From: Nitrospirales bacterium
GTDB lineage: Bacteria > Nitrospirota > Nitrospiria > Nitrospirales > NS-4
DNA: 52,864 nt
NCBI GenBank assembly: GCA_036005325.1
Contig: DASYQR010000130.1
Coordinates: 1 to 52,864, forward strand
Direction of reading: 5' to 3'
Shown here piece by piece: positions 15,653 through 27,190 of the stretch. Positions within the stretch are counted from its first letter, which is position 1. Each line of letters begins with the position of its first letter. Under the pieces are notes generated by a model, which was given only the letters and a program-made list of their open reading frames with translations, searched no databases and was not told the DNA's origin. The translations under genes and the position numbers were made by a program.

Positions 15653-16842
15653 TGCGGAGCGTTGGGTTGGCCGTACTGGCCGTCGCTCTGGCGGGCGCGC
15701 CGGCGCTGGCCGCCCCGTCCGATCGGAACGACCCGCTTTCGGAGAAGATCAAGAAAGAGCGGCAGCTCCTGGAGAAACTCCAGAGCGAAATCAAGGAGAA
15801 AAAGCAGAGGTCGGAGGAGGCCCAGCGCAAGGAAGCCTCGGTGCTGCAAGCCCTCGATGAAGCAGATCGCCGTATCAAGCTCCGGCGCGAGGGTCTCGTG
15901 CGGGTGAATGAGAAACTCCGGGAGAAGGACCACGAGATCGCGGAGACAAACATCTCCCTCCAACGCCTGCGGGAGCGGATCGCCCAGCGGGAGGGTTCGA
16001 TTCGGGGCCGATTGCGGGTGATGTATAAGGAAGGGCCGAACGGGCAGTTGAAGCTCTTGGTGGCGTCCAACGATTATAACGACCTGCAGGTCCGGGTCGC
16101 GGCATTGCGGTGGCTCTCGCGGAGAGAGTACCAATTGGTCGAAGGATACCGCGACGATCAGGCCAGGCTCGAATCAACCGAGGCCCGTCTCTTACGGGCC
16201 CGCGGGGAGCTGCAGGGGTACCGGCAGGAAATCGCCGCCAAACTGGCGGCCGTGAAGGAAGAACGGACGAAGAAAGACCGTCTTCTGGCGCGGGTGCGAA
16301 GCGAGAAAGTGATGTATGTCAAGGCCGTCGACGAGCTGGAAAAGTCCGCCCAGCGAATCGAAGGCTTGCTCCGGGACTTCGAGGCGCGCCGCAAGACGAC
16401 GGCCGCGACACGCATGCTGCCGTCCGGAGAAGGATTGGCTCGGTTCAAGGGCCGGCTCGGCTGGCCCACCGAGGGGGATGTGGTGGGCTTCTTTGGACGC
16501 CAGAAGCATCAGAAATTTGACACCTATGTGCAGCGGAAGGGGATCGAGATCCGCGCCAATCAAGGGACGGTCATCTGGTCGGTCGCCGACGGCGTGGTGG
16601 CGTTCGCCGATTGGATGCGCGGGTATGGACTCCTGATGATCGTGGATCATGGCGAAGGGTTTTTCTCCCTGTACGCCCATGCATCGAAGCTGTTGGTGAA
16701 TGTCGGTGAGACCGTCCGGAGCCATCAACCGATCGGAGAAATCGGCGATACCGGGCTGACCGGCGAGAGCACACTGTATTTTGAGCTGCGACAGCGCGGC
16801 GAGGCCGTGGATCCGTTGGCTTGGTTGACCAAGCGGCGATAA
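15652..16842 (+). CDS. envC: EnvC-like murein hydrolase activator (coiled-coil plus M23/LytM domain)
   Basis: Start trimmed to MRSVGLAVLAVALAG (signal peptide). Long coiled coil. C-terminal GIEIRA..YGLLMIVDHGEGFFSLYAH..GDTG. Confidence 0.85.
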   Translation: MRSVGLAVLAVALAGAPALAAPSDRNDPLSEKIKKERQLLEKLQSEIKEKKQRSEEAQRKEASVLQALDEADRRIKLRREGLVRVNEKLREKDHEIAETNISLQRLRERIAQREGSIRGRLRVMYKEGPNGQLKLLVASNDYNDLQVRVAALRWLSRREYQLVEGYRDDQARLESTEARLLRARGELQGYRQEIAAKLAAVKEERTKKDRLLARVRSEKVMYVKAVDELEKSAQRIEGLLRDFEARRKTTAATRMLPSGEGLARFKGRLGWPTEGDVVGFFGRQKHQKFDTYVQRKGIEIRANQGTVIWSVADGVVAFADWMRGYGLLMIVDHGEGFFSLYAHASKLLVNVGETVRSHQPIGEIGDTGLTGESTLYFELRQRGEAVDPLAWLTKRR

Positions 16843-16866
16843 GATAAGGGTCCGAGGAAAAGGAGC

Positions 16867-18267
16867 ATGGTGATGGACGGAATCAGACAGACGCTGAAAA
16901 CGACGATTGGATGGGGGGCGGTGTTTCTCGGAACCCTGATCATCGGGATTTTTCTGGGGAAGGGCTGGGACCGGACGGTGCTGGCGACCGAAACGTATGA
17001 AGAGTTGAAGACCTTCACCGAGGTGCTGGCTCACGTCCAGAAGCACTACGTCGAAGAAGTGAAGACCAAAGATCTGGTCTACGGCGCGATCCGGGGCATG
17101 CTTTCGACGCTCGATCCGCACTCCGCGTTCATGCCTCCCGATGTGTACAAGGAGGTACAGGTCGAGACGAAGGGCGAGTTCGGCGGGGTGGGTATTCAAA
17201 TCGGGATGAAGGAGAATCGCCTGACCGTCATCGCCCCGATCGACGGCACCCCGGCCGATAAAGCGGGGGTGAAGGCAGGGGACTTCATCATCAAGGTCAA
17301 CGACGAATCCACCAAGGAGATGACCCTGATCGACGCCGTGCAGAAGATGCGGGGACCGAAGGGAACCAAGGTCACCCTCACGATCCAGCGCGAGGCGGTG
17401 CTGGAGCCGCTCGTCTTCGTTCTGACCAGAGACGTCATCAAAATCGACAGCGTCCGGTCCAAGATGCTCGACGGCAACATCGGCTACGTCCGGGTGACCC
17501 AGTTCCAGGACTTGACCGCCAAGGACTTGAAGGAAGCCCTCCGCAAGTTGCGCGAGCAGAAGATGCAATCGTTGGTCCTGGACCTCCGGAACAACCCGGG
17601 CGGATTGCTGAATTCCGCCGTGGAGGTGTCGGAGCAGTTCGTCGGGTTGAATCGCTTGATCGTCTACATCAAGACCCGCGATGGGCGGAAGGACGATTAC
17701 ATCGCTCACATCAAGGACCAGCCGGATGACTATCCGATCATTATTCTGGTGAACGAAGGCAGCGCCAGCGCGTCCGAAATCGTGGCCGGGGCGTTGCAGG
17801 ATTGGGGGCGCGCGGTCGTTGTGGGCGTGCAAACCTTCGGGAAAGGTTCGGTGCAGACCATTCTGCCACTCGGGGACGGATCGGGTCTTCGCCTGACGAC
17901 GGCCAAGTATTACACGCCGAAGGGACGAAGCATCCACGGGGTCGGGATCGCTCCCGATATCTTAGTGAAAGGCAAGCCATCCGCGACCCCGACTATCCGG
18001 GAGCGGGACCTGGACAAGTCCCTACGCGACCCTAACCGCGAGGGCTTTGTGCCTCCTGCGGAGCCTCCGGTGGAGACCCCCCCCGCCGCGAAACCGGAAT
18101 CCAAAGGCGACCGGAAAGACAAGGAGGCGGCCAAGGATAAAGAGGGGAAGGACAAAGACGAGGACGACCCGCAACTCCAGAAGGCCGTGGAGCTGTTGAA
18201 ATCATGGATGATTTTTAAGGACTTACGGCCTCTTAAGCGAGACGACCGGGTCGAGAAGGTGATGTAA
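16867..18267 (+). CDS. ctpA: Carboxy-terminal processing protease (S41) with a charged C-terminal tail
   Basis: PDZ segment (GVGIQIG..VIAPIDGTPADKAGVKAGD), LDLRNNPGGLL, VNEGSASASEI. Confidence 0.92.
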   Translation: MVMDGIRQTLKTTIGWGAVFLGTLIIGIFLGKGWDRTVLATETYEELKTFTEVLAHVQKHYVEEVKTKDLVYGAIRGMLSTLDPHSAFMPPDVYKEVQVETKGEFGGVGIQIGMKENRLTVIAPIDGTPADKAGVKAGDFIIKVNDESTKEMTLIDAVQKMRGPKGTKVTLTIQREAVLEPLVFVLTRDVIKIDSVRSKMLDGNIGYVRVTQFQDLTAKDLKEALRKLREQKMQSLVLDLRNNPGGLLNSAVEVSEQFVGLNRLIVYIKTRDGRKDDYIAHIKDQPDDYPIIILVNEGSASASEIVAGALQDWGRAVVVGVQTFGKGSVQTILPLGDGSGLRLTTAKYYTPKGRSIHGVGIAPDILVKGKPSATPTIRERDLDKSLRDPNREGFVPPAEPPVETPPAAKPESKGDRKDKEAAKDKEGKDKDEDDPQLQKAVELLKSWMIFKDLRPLKRDDRVEKVM

Positions 18268-18432
18268 AAAAATGCGACCGGAACAGCTTGGGAGGGGTTG
18301 ATTGAGCCGAGAAACGCCTTATTCGACAGATGGATTGTTGTTCGGAGACCCTCTTCGTTGGATGGAAGCGGGTTCTGCCAAGAGAAAATCACACAAGAGC
18401 AGGGTTGAATTTATTAAAGGAGGAGCAGCACT

Positions 18433-18735
18433 ATGACAGCGGGAACGAAGGAGAAGGAGACGAAGGTAGCGGCGGGGTTCAAGCCGCTAAAAGACAGGTG
18501 CTTTGTCAGCTACACGGAGGAATTGGAGCGTACGGCAGGCGGGATTTATATTCCGGATGCCGCCAAAGAGAAACCCCAGCGGGGCAAGATCGAAGCCATC
18601 GGAGCCGACGTGAAGGCCGTGAAGGTGGGGGACATCATCCTCTTCGATAAGTACTCCGGAAGCAAGATCAACGTGGACGGCACAGATTACCTCATCATCA
18701 AGGAAGAGGATATCCTGGGCATTTTCGACAAATAA
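18433..18735 (+). CDS. groES: Co-chaperonin GroES
   Basis: KPLKDRCFV..ERTAGGIYIPDAAKEKPQRGKI.. with a roughly 13-aa N-terminal extension. Confidence 0.95.
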   Translation: MTAGTKEKETKVAAGFKPLKDRCFVSYTEELERTAGGIYIPDAAKEKPQRGKIEAIGADVKAVKVGDIILFDKYSGSKINVDGTDYLIIKEEDILGIFDK

Positions 18736-18774
18736 TCAGTTCCCTGCAACGGGACCTATGGACTGAAAGAATGA

Positions 18775-20424
<1,650 letters not shown>

Positions 20425-20447
20425 ACCCTCCCTGCTTGAGAAAGCAC

Positions 20448-20490
20448 GAAGGCCCTCGGAGGACATCCTCCGGGGGCCTTTTCATTTTTG
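20448..20490. terminator. Rho-independent, probably bidirectional terminator between groEL and the convergent Lrp-like gene
   Basis: Roughly 13-bp GC-rich stem AAGGCCCTCGGAGG / CCTCCGGGGGCCTT followed by TTTTCATTTTT. Confidence 0.7.
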
Positions 20491-20510
20491 CCGCTCTTGC
20501 GTGCTGTGTG

Positions 20511-20747
20511 CTAGATGTTGAGGACGAAGCAGGTGTTGGTCTTCGTGACGCCGTCCACCGAGCGGATGTTCGACAGCAACAGAGTGCTGAGCGTCTCCAG
20601 GTTTTCGGCTTCGACCTGCACGATGAGATCGTAGTTGCCGCTCACGGTATAGACAGCCTTAACGCCGGCGATGCGTTGGATCGTTTTGTACGCGCTCTTG
20701 GTGTGGTCGCCCGCGACCTCAATCAAGATAAACGCGGAGATGGCCAT
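20511..20747 (-). CDS. Stand-alone Lrp/AsnC ligand-binding (RAM) domain protein
   Basis: Start trimmed to MAISAFILIEV.. AsnC_trans_reg pattern ..VKAVYTVSGNYDLIVQVEAENLETLSTLL. Confidence 0.75.
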   Translation of the reverse strand: MAISAFILIEVAGDHTKSAYKTIQRIAGVKAVYTVSGNYDLIVQVEAENLETLSTLLLSNIRSVDGVTKTNTCFVLNI

Positions 20748-20796
20748 GGGTCGGTCTCCAAATTCCGACGGACGGTAACAGAGGGCTCCGGTCAAG

Positions 20797-21273
20797 TCAA
20801 GGCGGAAGCCCGGCGCGCAACCGCGCGATCCCTTCCAGAATCTGATCGTCCCCGACCGTCACATCGGGCAGCGTGCGCAGCAGGCGCGAACGGACTAGCG
20901 CTTCGAGGTCGTCGAGCGTCCGAATATGCAGCCGTTCGGACAGGTAGCGGACAAGAGCGGGATTGAAGCCAGGCAGTGTGAGCCAGGACGCGAATTCCGG
21001 GGAGACCGGCTCGGATGCAGGAGCGCCCGCTTCAATCCGGCCGGTTTCGCAGAAAAGGGCGATCTTCTGGGCCAGGTCTTTTCCAATCCCTTTGATTTTG
21101 ATCAACTCCCCACGGCGGCTGAGCTCCCCGGCGTCCTCCGCGAGACGTTCGATCAGCCGGGCCGCCTGCCGGTAGGCGCGGACCCGGAAGGGATTGGCCT
21201 CTTGCTTTTCAAGCTCGGCGGCGACGCGCCGGAATTCGGCGGCGATGGCCTGGTTGCGAAGTTGGCCCATCAT
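20797..21273 (-). CDS. Helix-hairpin-helix protein resembling only the N-terminal (8-kDa plus fingers) part of family X DNA polymerases
   Basis: NQAIAAEFRRVAAELEKQEANPFRVRAYRQAARLIERLAED..IKGIGKDLAQKI..LPGFNPALVRYL. No palm or PHP region follows. Confidence 0.65.
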   Translation of the reverse strand: MMGQLRNQAIAAEFRRVAAELEKQEANPFRVRAYRQAARLIERLAEDAGELSRRGELIKIKGIGKDLAQKIALFCETGRIEAGAPASEPVSPEFASWLTLPGFNPALVRYLSERLHIRTLDDLEALVRSRLLRTLPDVTVGDDQILEGIARLRAGLPP

Positions 21274-21319
21274 CCGGATTATACAACAGGGACCGGCCTA
21301 ATCTTAGCGGCCGGCGCTG

Positions 21320-21350
21320 TTGACAGCGTTTCAGAGCCGTATGGTATGAT
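21320..21350 (+). promoter_or_regulatory. Possible promoter TTGACA-N19-(TGG)TATGAT for thiSGE
   Basis: Good hexamers and a TG extension, but a long 19-nt spacer. The leader would be only a few nt long. Confidence 0.35.
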
Positions 21351-21356
21351 CCCTTC

Positions 21357-21581
21357 ATGATGCGTATCACGCTGAACGGCGAGAATCGGGAAGTGACGGA
21401 GGGTCATTCGGTGTCATCCCTTCTGTCCGACCTGGGCATCCCCGCCGAGCGTGTCGCCGTTGAGCTGAACCTCAAGATTGTGGACCGTCAGGCGTTTACG
21501 GGAACCTCGCTGTGCGACGGAGACAGGCTTGAAGTCATCGGCTTCATCGGCGGGGGGAAGAACGACGACGATGAACGATGA
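21357..21581 (+). CDS. thiS: Sulfur carrier protein ThiS with a 7-aa extension after the GG motif
   Basis: [18 protein letters not shown] followed by KNDDDER. Overlaps the thiG start by 11 nt. Confidence 0.85.
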   Translation: MMRITLNGENREVTEGHSVSSLLSDLGIPAERVAVELNLKIVDRQAFTGTSLCDGDRLEVIGFIGGGKNDDDER

Positions 21582-22344
21582 TCGCTTGACGATTGCCGGG
21601 ATCGAGTTTCACTCCCGCCTCTGGGTGGGAACGGGCAAGTATAAGGATTTCATCGAGACGCAAAAGGCCATCGAGGCGGCCGGCGCAGAGGTGGTGACGG
21701 TGGCCGTGCGCCGGGTCAACATCACGGACCGGAAATCCGAAAACCTTCTCGATTACATCAGCCCCAAGAAATACAAGATTCTGCCCAACACAGCCGGCTG
21801 TTACACCGTTGAGGATGCGCTCCGGTACGCACGACTGGCTCGCGCTGCCGGTATCTCCGACATGGTGAAGCTGGAAGTGATCGGCGACGAGCGGACATTG
21901 TTCCCCGATACGGCGGGATTGATCGAGGCGGCGAAGATCTTGGTCAAGGAAGGATTTATCGTGTTCCCCTACACCAACGACGACCCGATCGTCGCCAAGC
22001 GCTTGGTGGATGTCGGCTGTCCGGCCGTGATGCCGCTGGCTGCTCCGATCGGCTCCGGATTGGGCATCCGCAATCCCTACAATCTCAAAATCCTCATGGA
22101 ATCCGTGCGCGTGCCGGTTATCGTGGACGCGGGCGTCGGGACGGCGTCGGACGCCGCGCTGGCGATGGAGTACGGAGCCGACGCGGTCCTGATGAACACC
22201 GCCATCGCCGGCGCGAAAGAGCCCATCCTCATGGCCGAAGCCATGAAGCACGCCGTCTGGGCCGGGCGGCTGGCCTATAAGGCGGGCCGGATTCCACGCA
22301 AGCTCTACGCCACCGCCAGCAGCCCCATCGAGGGAATGTTGTAA
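21571..22344 (+). CDS. thiG: Thiazole synthase ThiG
   Basis: Start trimmed to [44 protein letters not shown]. Confidence 0.95.
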   Translation: MNDDRLTIAGIEFHSRLWVGTGKYKDFIETQKAIEAAGAEVVTVAVRRVNITDRKSENLLDYISPKKYKILPNTAGCYTVEDALRYARLARAAGISDMVKLEVIGDERTLFPDTAGLIEAAKILVKEGFIVFPYTNDDPIVAKRLVDVGCPAVMPLAAPIGSGLGIRNPYNLKILMESVRVPVIVDAGVGTASDAALAMEYGADAVLMNTAIAGAKEPILMAEAMKHAVWAGRLAYKAGRIPRKLYATASSPIEGML

Positions 22345-22353
22345 GCCCTCTGC

Positions 22354-22980
22354 ATGGCCCGAGTTGATTTCTCTCTCTACCTCGTCACCGACCGCCATCA
22401 GACGTGCGGCCGTTCCCTTCATGATGTGATCCGTGCCGCGCTGCGCGCCGGAGTACGCGTCGTGCAGCTTCGCGAGAAAGATCTGCCGACCCGCCCCTTA
22501 CTGGCCTTGGCTCGTGAGCTAACCGAGCTAGCCAGGTCGTACCGGGCCAAGGTTCTTGTCAACGACCGGGCGGATGTCTGCCTGGCGGCAGGGAGCGACG
22601 GGGTTCAGTTACCGGCGGCTGGATTGCCAGCTCCTGCATCTCGTCGAGTGCTGGGGCCGGACCGTTTGATCGGGGTGTCCGCGCACTCTGCGGAGGAAGC
22701 GGTCCGTGCTGAAGCGGACGGGGCCGATTTCGTCGTGCTGGGGCCGATCTTCGAGACGCCGTCGAAGCATGGCTTCGGTCCCCCGATCGGGCTGAGTGAA
22801 CTCGAGCGCGCGCGGATGCGCTGCCGGGTTCCGCTCTTCGGCATCGGGGGCATCACGTCGCATCGCGTCCGCGATGTGCTGCAAGCCGGCGCGCGCGGCG
22901 TGGCGGTTATCGGGAGCGTGATGGCGGCAGAAGACGTCGAGCGCGCGTCTCGTGAGTTGCTGAACGCGCTCGAAAGCTGA
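22354..22980 (+). CDS. thiE: Thiamine-phosphate synthase ThiE
   Basis: LYLVTD.., VQLREKD, GVSAHS, GPIFETPSK, IGGI. Confidence 0.92.
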   Translation: MARVDFSLYLVTDRHQTCGRSLHDVIRAALRAGVRVVQLREKDLPTRPLLALARELTELARSYRAKVLVNDRADVCLAAGSDGVQLPAAGLPAPASRRVLGPDRLIGVSAHSAEEAVRAEADGADFVVLGPIFETPSKHGFGPPIGLSELERARMRCRVPLFGIGGITSHRVRDVLQAGARGVAVIGSVMAAEDVERASRELLNALES

Positions 22981-23009
22981 TGCCTCCTGTGTCCGTGAGG
23001 GCCGCTTGG

Positions 23010-23038
23010 TTGACCCGTCAGGGGGGTGATGCTAGAAT
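23010..23038 (+). promoter_or_regulatory. Sigma-70 promoter TTGACC-N17-(TGc)TAGAAT upstream of mpa
   Basis: -35 at 23010..23015, extended -10 at 23030..23038, exact 17-nt spacer. Confidence 0.55.
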
Positions 23039-23087
23039 GACTCCGTGTCTATGAGCATACGATCGGGATTGCCGAAGAGACGCGACG

Positions 23088-24854
23088 ATGGCCGAGATGA
23101 AAAAGACGCCGGGTCGGCTGAGTTCGATTCGTAACACCGTCAAGAAGCTGACCGGCCTGTCCGAGGGTCAGTCGGCAGAGGGCAACATGAAAGACGAGCA
23201 GGAGAGAGAAAAGGAAAAGCTCCTGGTGCAGATTCGCTCGTTGGAGGAAGAGGTGCGTCGCCTCCATCAGGCGCGACACCAACTCGAGCAGACGAATCGG
23301 CAGAACGATCGACTCACCGAGGCTCTGCAGGACGCCAAGACCCAGATCGAGGCGATGCGGGCCGAGGTGGAAAAGCTTACGGCCCCGCCGTCTACCTATG
23401 GCATCTTTTCCAGTGCCAATAAAGATCAGACAGTCAACGTCTACGTCACCGGACGGAAGCTGAAAGTCAATCTCCATCCGACCATCAACCTCAAGACCCT
23501 CCGGAAGGGCCAAGAAGTCATCCTGAACGAGGCCCTGAACGTCATCGAAGCCTGCGGCTTTGACGTGCAAGGCGAGGTGGTCCGCTTGAAGGATACGCTG
23601 GACGAGAGACGGGCAACCATCACGCTGCGTACCGATGAAGAGCGAGTGGCCGAGCTGGCCGAACCGCTCCTGGCCCAGAAGCTCAGCGTCGGGGATCATC
23701 TACTCTTCGATGCGCGCTCGGGCTACCTGCTGGAAAAACTGCCGAAGTCGGAAGTCGAAGAGCTGGTCCTGGAAGAAGTCCCGGACGTCAAATACACCGA
23801 CATCGGCGGCCTGCGCGATCAGATCGAGCAGATCCAAGACGCCGTGGAGCTGCCGTTCCTCCATGCCGACTTGTTCAAAGAGCACAAGCTGCGGGCGCCG
23901 AAAGGGGTCCTGCTGTACGGCCCTCCGGGCTGCGGCAAAACCTTGATCGCCAAGGCCGTCGCCAACTCGATCGCCAAGAAGCTTGGACACTTGACCGGCA
24001 AGGACATTCGCAGCTTTTTCCTTCACGTCAAGGGGCCCGAACTCCTGAACAAATACGTGGGCGAGTCGGAACGCCAGGTTCGCGAGGTCTTCAAGAAGGC
24101 GAAAGAGAAGGCGGATGACGGTTACCCGGTGATCGTCTTCTTCGATGAGATGGACGCCCTCTTCCGTACCCGCGGCAGCGGCATCTCGTCCGACATCGAG
24201 TCCACGATCGTACCGCAGTTTCTCTCGGAGATTGACGGCGTCGAGCGGCTGAACAACGTCATCGTGATCGGCGCCAGCAACCGGCAGGACCTCATCGACC
24301 CGGCTGTCCTGCGGCCAGGCCGCCTGGACGTCAAGATCAAGATCGACCGGCCGGATAAGTCTGCGGCTCGGGACATATTCTCCAAGTACCTGACGTCGGA
24401 CCTGCCGTGGCATCCGGAAGAGCTCGAGCGGGACGGCGGGGATGTCGCCAAGGTCGTCGAGCGGCTGATCGGGGTGACCGTGGAGTCCATGTACGCGCTC
24501 AGCGAGGAGAACCAGTACCTTGAAGTGACTTACGCCAACGGGGACAAGGAGATGTTCTACATGAAGGACTTCTCCAGCGGAGCTCTGATCGAAGGTATCG
24601 TCTCGCGCGCCAAAAAATATGCCATCAAGCGGTTACTTAAGACCGACGAGCGGGGCCTCAAGACCGACGATTTGCTTCGCGCCATCCGGGATGAGTTCAA
24701 GGAACACGAAGACCTGCCCAACACGACCAACCCCGACGACTGGGCGAAGATCGCCGGCAAGAAAGCAGATAAGATCGTCCACGTGCGGACGATCACGGTC
24801 GGCTCCCACGAATCGCGTCGGATCGAGACCGTCACCACCGGCCACTATCTCTGA
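23088..24854 (+). CDS. mpa: Proteasome-associated AAA ATPase Mpa/ARC
   Basis: N-terminal coiled coil, OB region, GPPGCGKT Walker A, C-terminal GHYL (compare the GQYL docking motif). Confidence 0.93.
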   Translation: MAEMKKTPGRLSSIRNTVKKLTGLSEGQSAEGNMKDEQEREKEKLLVQIRSLEEEVRRLHQARHQLEQTNRQNDRLTEALQDAKTQIEAMRAEVEKLTAPPSTYGIFSSANKDQTVNVYVTGRKLKVNLHPTINLKTLRKGQEVILNEALNVIEACGFDVQGEVVRLKDTLDERRATITLRTDEERVAELAEPLLAQKLSVGDHLLFDARSGYLLEKLPKSEVEELVLEEVPDVKYTDIGGLRDQIEQIQDAVELPFLHADLFKEHKLRAPKGVLLYGPPGCGKTLIAKAVANSIAKKLGHLTGKDIRSFFLHVKGPELLNKYVGESERQVREVFKKAKEKADDGYPVIVFFDEMDALFRTRGSGISSDIESTIVPQFLSEIDGVERLNNVIVIGASNRQDLIDPAVLRPGRLDVKIKIDRPDKSAARDIFSKYLTSDLPWHPEELERDGGDVAKVVERLIGVTVESMYALSEENQYLEVTYANGDKEMFYMKDFSSGALIEGIVSRAKKYAIKRLLKTDERGLKTDDLLRAIRDEFKEHEDLPNTTNPDDWAKIAGKKADKIVHVRTITVGSHESRRIETVTTGHYL

Positions 24855-24885
24855 CGCGATCCACCATGCCCAGGAAGATCAACGC

Positions 24886-26367
24886 ATGACGACCAAGCGA
24901 GCCATCGGTAGTGAGACGGAGTTCGGGATCGCCACCCGCGACCCGGAGTCCGTGGACCCCGTGTCCAATTCTCTCTTTCTGATCAATCACTACCCGAATT
25001 TCCCCTCGCCCAAGATCCTCTGGGATTACGAAAACGAGAACCCCCTGCTGGATATCCGCGGCTTTGAAGTCGAAGGGGAACGGGAGCGGCCTGGACCGGA
25101 CTACAATCGGTTGCTGAATAAGGTGCTGGCCAACGGTGGCCGTCTCTATGTGGACGGGGCGCATCCGGAATACTCGACGCCGGAGTGTACGACGGCCCGG
25201 GATGTCGTGCTGTACGAAAAGGCCGGCGAGCGCATCCTCGCCGCTGCCTTGCGTGCGGTGGAGCAGGTGCGGGGAGCCGGGAGCCTGCTCGTCTACAAGA
25301 ACAACACGGACGGAAAGGGCAACAGTTACGGCTATCACGAGAACTACCTCGTGGCCCGCGATGTTCCCTTCGAACGCGTCGCGCGCGCCCTTGTGCCGTT
25401 TCTGGTGACTCGGCAGATCTTCGCGGGCGCCGGCAAGGTCGGAGCGGAGAATCAATCGGCGCCGGCTGTCTATCAGCTCTCGCAGCGGGCCGACTTCTTC
25501 GAGACGCTGATGGACCTCAATACGATGGTGAAACGGCCGATCATCAACACGCGAGACGAGCCGCATGCCGATCCTGCCCGGTACCGCCGGCTTCACGTCA
25601 TTGCCGGAGATGTCAACATGGCGGAGTGCGCGACCTTCCTCAAGGTGGGCACGATGGCTATCGTGCTGGATCTGATCGAAGAGAACTGGGCGCTCCCGGC
25701 GGTCGATCTGGACGACCCCGTGCAGGCGATCAAGGCAGTCTCGCGCGATCTGGAGGTGAAGGCCGAGCTGCGGCTGGCCGGAGGCAAGACCACGACGGCC
25801 ATCGCTGTGCAGCGCGTCTATCTCAAGGCGGCGCAGGATTTTTACGCGAGCCATGAGCTGACCCTTCCGGTGAAGGAAGTTCTGATCCGCTGGGAAGAGA
25901 CCCTGGACAAGCTGGAGCGCGATCCCCGCGAGCTCGTCCGTGAGTTGGACTGGGTGGCCAAGCGGGCCCTGATCGAGTCGTATCTGGACCGCAAGGGCTG
26001 CGGCTGGGAGGATCCGCGTGTGGCGATGATGGATCTGCAGTACCACGATGTCCGTCCGGAGAAGGGGCTGTACTTTACACTCGAACGCGCCAACCAAGTG
26101 GAGCGTATCGTGATGGATGAAGAGGTCCAGAAGGCGGAGACCGTTGCGCCGCTCGATACTCGCGCGTACTTCCGTGCGGCATGCGTGAAGAAATGGCCAC
26201 AGGAAGTCTACGCCGCCAGTTGGACGTCGGTGCTCTTCGACATCGGCAATGCAACGATTAAAAAAGTTCCCCTGATGGAGCCGCTGCGCGGCACCGAGGC
26301 CCTCACCAAAAGTCTGCTGGACGAATCCGAGACGGTCGATGCCTTGTTGGACAAATTAAAGGCCTGA
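24886..26367 (+). CDS. dop: Pup deamidase/depupylase Dop
   Basis: Start trimmed to MTTKRAIGSETEFGI. YQLSQRADFFE..RPIINTRDEPHADPARYRRLHVIAGD. At 493 aa it is longer than its paralog, and it sits directly after mpa. Confidence 0.85.
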   Translation: MTTKRAIGSETEFGIATRDPESVDPVSNSLFLINHYPNFPSPKILWDYENENPLLDIRGFEVEGERERPGPDYNRLLNKVLANGGRLYVDGAHPEYSTPECTTARDVVLYEKAGERILAAALRAVEQVRGAGSLLVYKNNTDGKGNSYGYHENYLVARDVPFERVARALVPFLVTRQIFAGAGKVGAENQSAPAVYQLSQRADFFETLMDLNTMVKRPIINTRDEPHADPARYRRLHVIAGDVNMAECATFLKVGTMAIVLDLIEENWALPAVDLDDPVQAIKAVSRDLEVKAELRLAGGKTTTAIAVQRVYLKAAQDFYASHELTLPVKEVLIRWEETLDKLERDPRELVRELDWVAKRALIESYLDRKGCGWEDPRVAMMDLQYHDVRPEKGLYFTLERANQVERIVMDEEVQKAETVAPLDTRAYFRAACVKKWPQEVYAASWTSVLFDIGNATIKKVPLMEPLRGTEALTKSLLDESETVDALLDKLKA

Positions 26368-26372
26368 CGGCG

Positions 26373-27188
26373 GTGCCCTTCCACCTTGACGACCATGGGT
26401 CCAGTTTCTACGACTTTCTGACGACCCGCGGCCAGGATTTTCCTCTTCAGGCTCCTCAGATCGGGTCCCCTGTTCCTGCCTCTGGAACGCCGGCGGCTGC
26501 CGGCTTGCCGGCCGTTCCGCACGGCACCACCGTGCTGGCGATTCGGTTTCAAGGTGGTGTGTTGATGGCCGGCGATCGACAGGCCACGGAGGGATTTCAG
26601 GTCTCCGGGCGCCGCATCGATAAGGTATTCAAGACCGACTCTCATTCGGCCGTCGCCATCGCCGGCGCGGCGGGGCCCGCCGTCGAACTGGCGCGTCTCT
26701 TCCAGATCGAGCTGGAACATTACGAAAAGCTGGAAGGCGATGTCCTGTCGTACGAGGGCAAGGCCAACAAGCTGGCGCAGATGGTCCGGGGAAACCTGCC
26801 GATGGCGTTCCAGGGCTTGGTGGTGATTCCCCTGTTTGGGGGATACGATCTGAAGCGCCGCGAAGGCAGGATCTTCAAGTACGATGTGACCGGCGGTCGA
26901 TATGAGGAAACGGAATACTACGCGACGGGATCGGGCGGAAAAGACGCGCGCGATACAATGAAGCAGTTATACCGGCGCGGTCTCACGGAGGCGCAGGTGC
27001 TCCGCATCGCGCTGGAAGCCCTTTACAATGCCGGCGAGGATGATGTCGGCACGGGAGGACCCGATCTGGTCCGCGGCATCTATCCCACCGTGAAGATGAT
27101 CACCGAAACTGGCGTCCGCGATCTGGAGGAATCCCAGATCGCTGAGTCCTGCCGAACCCTGATCGATGAACGGCGCGAGAGGGCCTGA
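26373..27188 (+). CDS. prcB: Proteasome beta subunit PrcB with propeptide
   Basis: SSFYDFL.. propeptide, then PHG|TTVLAIRFQGGVLMAGDRQAT (catalytic Thr after processing). Confidence 0.93.
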   Translation: MPFHLDDHGSSFYDFLTTRGQDFPLQAPQIGSPVPASGTPAAAGLPAVPHGTTVLAIRFQGGVLMAGDRQATEGFQVSGRRIDKVFKTDSHSAVAIAGAAGPAVELARLFQIELEHYEKLEGDVLSYEGKANKLAQMVRGNLPMAFQGLVVIPLFGGYDLKRREGRIFKYDVTGGRYEETEYYATGSGGKDARDTMKQLYRRGLTEAQVLRIALEALYNAGEDDVGTGGPDLVRGIYPTVKMITETGVRDLEESQIAESCRTLIDERRERA

Positions 27189-27190
27189 CG

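Noticed and set aside
18268-18432. Looked for a CIRCE (TTAGCACTC-N9-GAGTGCTAA) operator or a clear RpoH promoter upstream of groES
   Set aside because: No CIRCE-like inverted repeat is present. The best sigma-32-like match (CTTGGGA..CCGAGAAA) is too weak to report.
21274-21356. Expected a TPP riboswitch in front of thiS
   Set aside because: The spacer is only 83 nt, contains a promoter-like element ending about 7 nt before the ATG, and has no CTGAGA / ACCTGA-type THI-box elements.
26281-26367. Dop C-terminal tail (..TKSLLDESETVDALLDKLKA) looked superficially Pup-like (acidic, LLDE), raising the idea of a Dop-Pup fusion
   Set aside because: There is no GGQ/GGE or RTGE-type C-terminus. The tail is contiguous with a normal-length Dop, and the other two frames in 26200..26560 contain early stops.
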